Assembly: GCA_040954595.2 (NCBI GenBank) | Contig: CM082598.2 | Span: 2,232,001-2,296,000, forward strand | Length of the DNA stretch: 64,000 nucleotides | Direction of reading: 5' to 3' | Source: Balanoglossus misakiensis | Lineage: Eukaryota > Animalia > Hemichordata | In this document: positions 13,701 through 25,700 of the stretch, one piece after another | How the letters are laid out: every line of letters starts with the position of its first letter | How positions within the stretch are numbered: the stretch's first letter is position 1 | Position numbers and translations under genes: made by a program | Notes under the pieces: model-generated | Told to the model about the DNA's origin: nothing | What the model saw: the letters and a program-made list of their open reading frames with translations, nothing else | The model's database searches: none

Positions 13701-16700
13701 AAGGAATGACTCACTTCCGTACGCCTGTGGGATGCTCTCCGCATGCTGATTGGCAAAGTAGTGCCAGGTGGACGGGTTACCAGTATGCAAATGAAGAGAC
13801 TTGATCGCGTTCTGGTAGCGCTTCATCTCGTCGGGTGTCAAATCGCGGATTTCGCGTCTCTTGATGATGCCGTCGCAGGCGCATTGAACTGATCCCGCCT
13901 GGGTGCAGGTACACTGCTGGCAGCCGAATTGGAAAGTCTGTCCTATGCGATACCTGCGTCCGTTGAATTCGCATCCACAGACGTCATCGCACTGGACTTC
14001 CTCGCACCGTTTCCCGAGAGAGAACTTCAGAACTTCACGTCGGCTACCACTGCCTTCTTCCATCGCTTGGCAGTCCATCATATTCATCGCCCGACACTCA
14101 TAAACATAACCAACGTTCAATCCCAAATAGTCGTATCCATGCCGATTCACGCCATTGCAGTCAAACTCTGCACGGTTGTAACCCTCTTGATCGTACCCAA
14201 ACTTGTCGTAGACAGTGATTCCGTCGAACTCACCGATCCTATTGTATCCTGTGATGTTAAACCCGGTAATACAGTGGTATCCCAGACCATCATAGCCTTG
14301 TCTGTCACATCCATTTCTATCGAAACCATCTTGATCATACTCTGAATAAACCAAATCCCCATTCAGAGCCTGCGCGTCAACATGACTCAATCCTTCTTCG
14401 TTGAAGCCATCAACATTAAAGCCATACCTGAAACGACAAAGATTATATTGCAATACTATTATTATACACAAAATTTATTTTACAGGTAATCAAACAATAA
14501 CTCCTAAAAAATTAAACAGTTGCTTGTAATGTTATTATTACGAACACAATTTATTTTACTAGTAATCAAACAATAACTTATAAAATATGAAACGGTTGCT
14601 ATTTCATCCATGTGTTCAAACTTGTACATACCTATCAAAACCATTCACATCGTAGCCGATAACACCATCTGGGTTTGAAGGGGTCCTCCAGCAGCAAGCT
14701 CCGATCATACAACTCCGCTGACATTCCCCGTACGAGGCGAATCTGTTCGCATTGCCGTGGCAACCACTGTAAAGAAACTGCTCGCACTCCATGGCGGCCA
14801 TGTTGAAATACCACTGCATGGTCTCAGAACCGCAGTCAGAGTTGCCACTGTCGCGAGGGAGTGTACACACATCAAACTGCTTCTTCTCACAGTTTTTTCC
14901 TAAAAACACAAATCCCAGTAAATGTTTAATCTAAGAACATTTCAATGCATGACTTCAGGAGTATGTCGTTTCTAACTACAGTACACATCTGAACTAATGT
15001 CCATTCAAAACTGCAAGCATTTAATGGATGACTGACTCAGTATACACTCTTAGCCCATATGACTTGCCACTTACTCAACAAACTCACTGGTGACTCAAGA
15101 AAATTATCCACAATACATGCCAAAGTATAGGGCTAACTCAGAGAAATTTTTAAGAAATCCTAAAATTGACTCGGAACTTTTAAAAATTATGTTTGTTAAA
15201 GGGCACAGTGAATTGACTGTGTTGTTTCTAACAGTACACATCTGAGTTAAATTTCTATTTAGAACTGCAAATTTTTCAATGGATAACTGTGTTGTTTATA
15301 ATGACAGTACGCATCTCTTTCCACTGTTCATCTCTGTCTGAATCTAAGGCCCGACTGGGTCCCATACTTTGTTAACATCACCAGTTACTTGCCTGTATAT
15401 GGAGGTACACAATCACAAGTATAGAGTTGTGGTTCATTTGGCCAGTTGGACTCTGCTCTGCAGGTACCTCCATTTTGACAAGGATTGTTGGAACACGGAT
15501 CTGAAAGAAGATGTAATAAATATCACAATAAATGAAGATAACAGAAAATAAATCTCAAAAAAGGCAGACAGTACATGTGACAAACTGTATCGTAAAAATC
15601 AGTTGTTATCTTAGTGGTATACATATATATGACATTATAAGAAATAAACTGGCAACTATTCACTGCACAGCAATAATTTTTGAACAAGACCACAGACTTG
15701 TTGGACAGCCCCATTGATACATGTCTGGAAAGAACTTCTCTATCACTAAGACATATTTTCGGATATTTCAATGCATACATGTACAGTCTTAGGGAAAACA
15801 AAATGTTACTAGGAATACACTTACCAGTTGGAAATTCACAATCAACCTCTTTGTCATCATAAACCCACTTAGCCTTGCATTCCTGACAGAAGTCGATGAA
15901 ACATGTGGCATCTGGAAAGCCTGGACACTCCTCAACTTCGCACGGATTTTCCGGGCACTCCACCAGGGTCTCCTCGCACACGCAGTAATCCAGGATCTTC
16001 TCCACTTCCAGGCAGAACCTCTGGGAAGCCGACTGCTCCGGATACTGGGTGACTTCCCGCACCACCGACACCGGAACACCCTTGGGATTCAGGATCCAGA
16101 CTTGCTCGTACCAGGACACTGGAAGAGGTTGCAGCTCCACGCAAGTTCTGGGAATACTCATCAGGAAGTTCTTATTCTGTCGATACAAAATCTCCTGTAC
16201 CCTATATGCAGTCTTTATGATGTGCGGACCATTGAAGGAATAACTACAGTATTCCTCATCATGCATTTCCATGTTGTACCCATATCGATCAAACCCTTCT
16301 GGGTTCAACCCTCGTCTATCAAGGCAATAGTAATTAAATCCATTTTCACTGTAAAAGCCACTGTTGTCTGGGTTACCGTCGATGTCAAAACCAGCACTGT
16401 CAAATCCTCTCCTGTCGTAACCTTGGTAGGTGTAACCATAGCGATCATAACCGGTCCTGTCATATCCTTGTATTGTGAAACCATCTCTGTTATAACCTGA
16501 TTAATTTACAAAACAACAAAAAGGCTCTTGTTATAAATAATATTAGTAACAACATTTCAACATCAACACACTAGTACAGTTGCATCTGGTATTTATCTGA
16601 AAACACAGCGTTGAGTAATTGTTTAGTTTTGTAAGTTGTCACAAACTGATAGTAATGAAAACGTCATGAATTCATTGATATAATGTACTGGTACATAGAT

Positions 16701-19700
16701 ACCCCATTCACTTCCAAAATATGCAGAACTTACCATCTTGACTGTAACCATATCTGTTATATCCCAATCTGTCATAGCCAGCCCTGTTATAACCATGTTC
16801 ATCAAACCCATCAAACGAATACACATTTCTGTCATCAAGCTCTCCTCTGAGATCATATCCCTGCATATCATATCCAAATCTGTAAACAGATACAGAGCAT
16901 GTATATGAAGATATAAGACTTAAAAATTACGATCGAACTTATTGTTTTATAGCCAAATCTGTGAATTAAAACCTAGCGATTGTACCCCAACAACAATATT
17001 AAATGCCAGTGAAAACTAATGCTTTTACAGTATACAATATATCCATACATATTCTTACCCGTCATAGCCTTGTCTGTTAAATCCCTGCATATCAAAACCT
17101 TGGTGATCATACCCATCTTCACCGAACACAAATGCGGTGCCGTTGCATGGATCGCCGAAACTTGGCAGAATATACGTGACACACAGCTGCTGTTCCAAGT
17201 TGAAGACGTCTTCCGGGCGAATGTTAAACGGGACCATCGGTATGGACTTCATGAAGTCAGGGAAGTTCTGGAGGTTGCCGTTCTTATTCTGCCATCGCCA
17301 GTAGAGCATGTCGATGTAAGAGTGGAGAGCGAAAAATAACGGATCGTACGTACTGCCCGACGTTGCCATGTCACCGCCCACAAATTCATGGAAATACGAA
17401 ACGTACAACTGCAAGCATCGGCTCATCTCGTTGAAATCGTCGCTGCTGAGAGCAACGTAAAAGTCGACCATCGACGGAAGCTGTATGTTCGGATTCAGAT
17501 TCCGTCTCAGACACGGCTTCCAGGGTTCAGCTCCTTGGAACGGGAAATCCGGAACGCATCCACCGCGCCCGTCGCCGCCGAAATAATTCGCCTGCCAAAT
17601 AACGGCGTCAGACATATTCCCGACGTCGGTCGTGAAGTCGAAGTACGGTAGAGTGACAGCACAGTCGATCTCCTGCAGTTGTTGCTCGACTCGTCTGAGG
17701 AAGATTCGATGCCAGGGCAGATACATGGGACCGTTTGCGTGCATCACGTGACGCATGTACAGATTGTGCAACTCTTCCCACAGGTTTCCATAGTGACTGC
17801 TCTGCAGTTTCCGGACAGCCGACTGGAATCGTTCGATTTCCACTCTGGTCATGTCGCGAATCTCCTTCCTCACGGTCAGAGTGTCGCACCTGAAATGAAA
17901 TCCATTTCACAAATTAAAACATGACCACTGCATCAGGAATTACACATTATTATTGCATACTTACCAGCAGTGTGCCCTCAAAGCCCATGCACCACTGACT
18001 CAACAAACTCACTGATGACTCACGAAAATCATCCACAATACATGCAGAGGTACAGGGCTGACTCAATGAAATTTCTAGAAATCTTCAAAGTTACTCAAAG
18101 CTTATCAAAATTATGTTTGTTAGAGGGCACACTGCAAAAGTTACCAGTACACCTTACATCTCTGTATTTGGTTTAACCCCTTTGTTTAAAATAGGAAGAC
18201 CAGACATACTTACTAGAAATGAGGATGCAAGCTATACATGCTCACACACGCAGGAAATAAACATTTTTTGCCTCCATCTCCTATGCACTATTACACATCT
18301 TAAATACAGTAGCCGTCTGATCTCACTAGCCAATACAAAACAATACAACGCAAGCTCTTCTACACTTACCGACACACTATGTTGCCATCAGCTTGGCATG
18401 TACATTCCTGACAATTAGTTCGAAATCTGTCTCCCGCTCGATAGATCTGACTTCCAAAGATACATCCGGAGGGCAACCCACACACTCCGTCTCGACATCC
18501 CTGTCCCGGAAGGAAAGATACCACTTCCTGTCTCTTATCCGTAGTCTCTGTAATTTCCATCAGTCTCTTGCATTCGTGTATGCTCTGGATCTGTGCAGTT
18601 TCACCGAAAAAAGAAAAGTCATTGTCAATGATGCAGTCATAGGTAATCATGAGGGAATAATAGATGCACAGACAGACAGAGACAAATCTATTGGGCCCCA
18701 TGGACTTCATCCCCAGAGACTAAAACGACTGATTTTTTAAATACAAATAAAAGAAAGGAATAATATGCCAACATATGATAAAAACATTATTTCCAGTTGA
18801 ACATTATTTCTTGTGCTAATTTAAAAATAAACATGACAATAATAAGTGGACTATTTCGACCGACTGACTTGACACTGAAGACTTTGTCTGCGCAGTGCCC
18901 AGCTACGTGAACCAAAATTCACACAAGATGAGGAAAAAAATCTTTATAATTTACCTCACATTTGAATCCAGGTTCAAGCACTCTGAATGACAAGAAAGTC
19001 AGACCAGGACTTGTTCTTGTGTACGTACGCTGACAACATGCACCGATTACACACTTTTCTTCACAGCGTCTCTTAGACTCAAAATTATTATCATTTCCTC
19101 CACATCCTGAAAAGAGAAACATCCATAAGTGAAAACGTCAAAACAGAAATTGTTGCATAAAATTAATGGTTTCAGTTTTACCAAACTGAAAGCCCCAATT
19201 CTAGTTTCATACAAAGCTTGACTTGTATTACTTAAAGGGACAAAGTCTCTCTCTCGCTACCCTTTTCCCATTAATTATGTTTGATACAAGACACCATTTA
19301 TGTTAAGGTACCCTTGTATATGTAGTGAATGAACGCTCAACCACACACAACTTCCATCTCTGTTATAGACACGAGAGTGCAAAAACTCGCCAAAATGAAT
19401 AATCGTTCTTTACCATTTATTCATTTTGGGCGAGTTTTTACTCTCATATCATACAAGTGGGATGGATGTTGTGTATGGTTGAACGTTGATTCACTATATA
19501 TCCACCTGTAGAATAACATAAACGGTGTGTTGTATCAAATATAATTAATGGAAAAGGGGCAGCGAGAGAGAGACTTTGTCCCTTTAAGTTGGCTAGCAAC
19601 CTTTGGTACAGTATTTGACAAAGTTTCGTGAGATATCACAATGAGAGGAAAGTCATCTATTAGCCATTACCTGAAAACAGGAACTGTTCACATCTCTGTG

Positions 19701-22700
19701 TGTACGGATTGTAGTGGTGTCTCTGAAGGGATTCCCCACACGTACCAAACTCCGCCGGCTGGGTACATACATTCACGTTTGCCTCACAGTTCGGACCTTC
19801 CTGACCATCTGGACAGATGCAGGTGAAGTTATTATATCCGGGATATCCGACACATCTGGCGTTGGACGGACAGGGGTTGGATACGCACGGATCTAGGCAT
19901 TCCGGTCTGTCTTGGTAAATCTGGCATTTGGCAACACCGGACTGGGAAAAAAAACACAATGAAAGAAGTATAAGTGTCAAATATACACAATGATTTCTTT
20001 TTGAAATGATGGATGTTTTTCGGAAGTTCAGAGTGCAATAAAAGAAGTGTGGATCTGAACAATGCAATGATGATAAGAGTAATGTGTTCATTTATGAATG
20101 AATGAATGAATGAATGAATGAATGAATGAATGAATGAATGAATGAATGAATGAATGAAGTTTAAATTTGTCACTACCTGACAGACACATCTCCTACACGG
20201 ATCCACTTCCCAGCTTTCCTCATCTTTGTAGTCTTTTCCATTGTATTCACACACTTCCAGACGTACACACTCGCATCCTTCCAGGTAGCTAACTTTGCGA
20301 TCCATCTCAGCCATCTACAACAAAACAAAGCAAGGGTCAGAAACGTCAGTTCTTGTAAAATGTGTGGTACAGCTTGTTTACCCAACAGCAGGTGACTTCA
20401 CAATGATGACAAGGTTGGTACATTTAAAACCAAAACATACAAAGTTTTGCTGAAAAAATGAACAACTTCACCTACCTGTACTTTCATCATGTTCATCATG
20501 TTTGTCAGCTGGGAAACCATGTCCTCCAAAAGTACCACTCTCTGGGCGTCAGTGTTATCGGGAGCATCTGACTGTGGCAACTCTGTAAATACACAGAATT
20601 TGTTCAAAAGCTGTTAGTTGTATACACTCATTGAAAATCTATGCGCTATGTTCACTGTACAGAACTTCACATATTTATTTTCTTTCACTGCTCGCCACTC
20701 AACTTTCCAATATACGTGTAATATGCCGGCCAATTGTGAAATTCTCTCGGTGTTTGTTTTGCGTGCATTCCCACACAAACAATAAATACACACAGAGTTC
20801 TGTGAATGAAGAGTCTGTGTGTTTTTCATCTAAGCAGCGAGGCCACCCACTTCGGCTGAGCTGTCGCTTTTCTGCGTACACTCCCGATACGGATGACTGG
20901 TTTTCAAAAGTCCTGCCAACTACTTAACAAGGGGCTTAGTATTATTGCAAATTGCTGACAACCACTTTAGGGTCAATTTATCCTGCCCTGGTTTCAAATT
21001 TTGCTGAGTCGAACACTGGATGAAATCACAACCATTCAGCACTGGTTTCAAATACTGATTAAAGTCCAACAGAAGTCCACCAGTCCAGTCTCTATAGTGT
21101 GGGGTTTCCGGTGGTGGGTTTGTTCGTGTTCTTAACAATGCTGACCAGTTTCAGAAAATTGGCCACCCATGATTATCACCAGACGGTTGACTCACATCCC
21201 CACACTGTCTAAACCAGACACCAAGGGACTGAGAATACTGTTCAGAGTGCAGAGGTGGCCAGTTTTAGAGACTGGAGGTGCTTAGTATAGACAGGTTTCC
21301 AGATTAGTTGTTCGGTTTAGACAGGTTTTACTGTACATCTACACAGTAAAACACCCATTGCGAATCTCGCCATCAAAATCAGACATACAGACACAGGTAC
21401 AATAGACAGGCTTCCCAAACAAAAGTGGTAAACACTGGGCTAACCCATTCTTAATTCATTGTTAGCTAATATCAGAAAATAACTCTTGATCAGTAAAGTA
21501 CAGCGAGTGGGGAATACATCCTTGCCATTGTAACTTCATACATCCAGAGTTCTGGTGTGACGACCTTGTCTGTTAAGATACTCATGGTTGTCAAGGAGAC
21601 ACCTGGCTATCATCAGACAGCAAGTCCAGGATAACAGACACTGTTTACATCAGCTCTGTCCTGGTAACTCTATGACACTGCACTGCAACTACTATAACTT
21701 TTCCCACATTCTTTCTCAAATGTTGTCATCAAATTGGAAAGAATTGATGCACAAGGGTAGACGACTGTTGCGAAAATCAACCAGATTTACACTGTATGTC
21801 TCACAGATCAACTGATGTGACAGATTTTAAAAATTCACCCATGATGATTTGGCAGAAAAACAACAAGTGCACCGTTCCACTTCAATGAAATCTACATCAG
21901 GTGCCTGCACTCATACGTATACATAATATACACAAAAGCACTCGACTATGAACTGTTTATTTACAAATCCATGTTTCAGTGAGGCTTTGTTGTACACCCA
22001 TGATAAACCACAAATTAAAATCCCTGATCCGTGTCCAGTCGAGCTTGCATGTCTGACCGGAGACACAGATCAGATGATAAATTACAAAGAGCATGAAATT
22101 AACTAGACTTTAGTAAGATTTAGTCTTCTCATGAGTAGTCTAGTATCTAGCCGTGTTTTGTTCGCTTAGCTTCCAAAACTAGTTTTCGGAAGCAAAGCAC
22201 ATGAGCAAAGCACAAATCACAGAAAGCTCATACAAGTGCCATCTACCACAGATAGGTAGCAAATCTTTAGACTTAACTAAAACTACCAGAATCGAGAAAT
22301 CGCTATCAATCTCACCTTGGATGTTACCCTTGGACGTAACTTGATGGCCGGTTTCTGCAACCTCCTGCTGGGGAACTAACGTGGCTTGGCCTTCGAGTTC
22401 AACACTCTCATCTTCTGTAATTAAATCCAAAAAGATTTTTGAGATTGAATTTCACTGTTGAGATATCTCCACCTTGAAGTGGAATCACGCAAAATACAGC
22501 AATGCCAACAAGTGTTAGGGTATCTTGACTCTATGAGGAATGTTAATGCACACTTCGATACGAACATGAAATTTGTCTCTTTCGATCCAGACAATTAAGC
22601 GGAGAGTCGCTTGAACCTCAAGTCTATTATTGTCATCTTCATGACAGCATATTTTAGTGCATCACAGTTTGTTAAGGACAGATAATACACATGTACGACC

Positions 22701-25700
22701 GAATAGCACGCTGATTTCAAATTTTTCGATGCGATGTACATAAATTTACATGTCAACCATGCCAACCAGAGTTTAACAATATAGACGCCAGTCTGTCTTT
22801 GTTTATACCAAACATGCTCACACTGCTGAACTTTCAAAGTTAATGACGGTTGAATCATATACTGACTATACACAGCAAACTCTGTGTGATGACACAGTAT
22901 TTCTGTCTTTAGTAAGATGCTTGGAAACATCTGTTGCGAATCAGAAGTAACAATTAGAAGTTAACATCAGCTCTCTCTCTCTGTTTCAGGTCGGTTTAAT
23001 ATCTTTAACAAGGTCAAAGTGCAAAGGTGGTGGAGGTTAATAGCTGGTCTGCCCAGCACAGAAAATCCAGGGATCCTTTTTGTGATGACAAACTGCAGGT
23101 ACAGTATCTGATGATGATACACTCCTATACAGATCAAGTGGTCTTTTCCAATAAGCTAACGCTTGGCTAGCAATTGGCCCACTTTTGGCCAATTGTCCAT
23201 TTTATCAGAAGCCTAATTTAGCCTATGCGGTTCTATGTCAACGGGATGGGGGAAAGGTGTTCGGTATAGACAGGTTTCCCGATTAGACAGGGTTCGGTTT
23301 AGACAGGTTTTACTGTATGTCAAATAAAGATTTTCTGAACCATTGAACGCAAGATTTTACGGGCTGACTGAAATCAAGTCACCTAGACATTCTGTAAGTT
23401 GTTAACCCTGGACTACCTAATGGTTCCTGCAATCCATGGTTGTACAATTAAATTAGATTATGGGCAGATCAGATGACAAACAAGGGAATTCCTTCAAGGC
23501 ATATATGTACCATGCTGTGTTTCCTTGAGGCAACAGTCATGTATCTAACATCCTACAGCATACAGACTTCCAGAACAGATCTACTTCACTGATAGATACA
23601 GTGAAGACTACAGCAAAGTTTCCAACTGGGTTAGTTCTACGCTAACCCAAGGCCGGGTTCCCATATTATGCAATTAACAATTTATACAGTACAGTTTCAT
23701 TAAGAGTAGAAGTCAACCGGTTATAAACTGCAACAGTGTGTACCCTCAAATCTACCCTATCAACATACAATAATGAAATACTGAGAAGACGCGTTTGAAA
23801 TCTACGCCAATGTTCTGCTGCCGTGCTTTGTCTACATTGTAAGACTTCTCCATGTACAACGGAATGATAGAAACAGCTGGACATATACAAAGAAAAGCTG
23901 GTTCTCATTACAAGTAGAGTAATACAGCTACTTTTGAAATGTTATATTACCCTAGACCCCATTGATGCACAGCATTACCATACCTCATACACAAGGGGCA
24001 AGGCCAGCCAAAGTCTACTATCTAGCTGTATTCTGTCTGCTTCTTAATTTCAGAAGCAAAGTGGATAAAACACGGATAGGTGATAGACTATGCCAACCAG
24101 GACACTAAGGAAGATATTTATTTCAAAACAGTCAATTAACCATCCTTATGGCGGCATCAAAATACAATGAGATGGGTACCATATTCAGTTAAACAGATCT
24201 CAACTTTTGAGGTCAAACGTGACAGCAGTCCTGATCTTTTTTACTGCCTTTTGGTTATTTGAAGTTTGTCTTCCCAAAAAAAAAGAAAGATCACGGAATA
24301 CAAACTATAAAGAAAGAAGTGTCAACCAACAGTAAACATACTTGATTTACAAATGGATAGATTTCAACCGTACAACACTTTCTTCTCATCCAAAAATCCT
24401 ACAGAATTCATGAATTGGAAATGTTCAACAAGTATTTCTGCACTAAGTCATAATGAAGAGATCCATTGCTTGTGAAACATTCTTAACCATGGCAACAGGA
24501 CATCTGCTTATACAATTTTTATAAGTTCACATCTGCAAAAACACTCCAGGGATGTGCAGTTTCCCACAAGAACTTGACAGAGAATGGTACACATGTCCGT
24601 TCACGTACACAGCAAATGAGTATACCATGACGGTCAAGTTCATAAACTAATCCACATGCAAGGGTCCCCTTTGTATCATTCAATGCCGGAACTGTACGCC
24701 AGGCACTCCGGAAATATCCCTATTTAAGTTTCCGGGCACACACCGGAGAAATATGAGGCCAGTTAGTCCTGTAACTAAAGCTGGCACCATATGGAGCGGG
24801 TATGGAACGGCCAGACTTGCTGACACAGGAGTCAAACCAGACTTATATATTGTTTTCGGAAATGTGACAACTTAACAAAGCAAACTTGACCTCACCAGGG
24901 GACTTAAATACTTGTATGGAAAATGCACAATGTCCAACACAGAATGGAGTTTCTGCAAGGAACTTCGCTTGGTCTATGTCCAGACTCTAGCTCTCTCATC
25001 AGAACAGTGCCCTGAATGAACTTTTATCCGAATACCCTGGGCACGCCACTGGACTCATGCAAGAAACCACAACTTCACTTGTGGGCTGACTGGCTACATC
25101 GTCATAAACCGTTATTTTTGAGTGGAAGTTTCCAAGACAATGTTTCTGCGTGGCTACTCAGAGCCAAGAAAACACAGGATAGATTCCAGACGACAAACGA
25201 ACTTTAAACAGTGTGTCTCTTCGGCCACTTTTATAGATTGCTTACTAACCTCAGTGCATTTCCTAAACCAAATTTAGGTCAAACAGTCACTAAAAGATTC
25301 ACTCCTAAATGATGTTTGCATGAGATGGTCGCTGACTAAATGTCTCGGGGGCAGGAGGCCATTTTCCCGGCTATCAGGCAACTGACAAAAGTCACCTTCA
25401 ATTTGATTTAAAATGCATCACACCAAATCTAATATAAACAGACCTAGCCCAAATTTTATCATCACCACCACCACCACCAACACTATCACTATCACTATCA
25501 TCATCATCATCATCACCACTACCATCATCTTCATCAATGAAGCCTTAATTTTTTCATATTCTTTTGATAACTGGGCTCTGCAAATCTGTAGAAACCAGTG
25601 TAAAGAATCACTGGACTACAATTACACAAGACAGATTCTAGGCAGCCAAACCATGACATCTGACATGCCTGTAGCATTTTCACATGAATTACGCTCTAAC

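Noticed and set aside
22179-22930. Possible extra exon or nested gene in the 5.7-kb intron (DLITEDESVELEG..., GTGAG donor near 22315)
   Set aside because: No clear acceptor or recognisable domain, and the flanking exons already join in phase. An alternative exon is not excluded.
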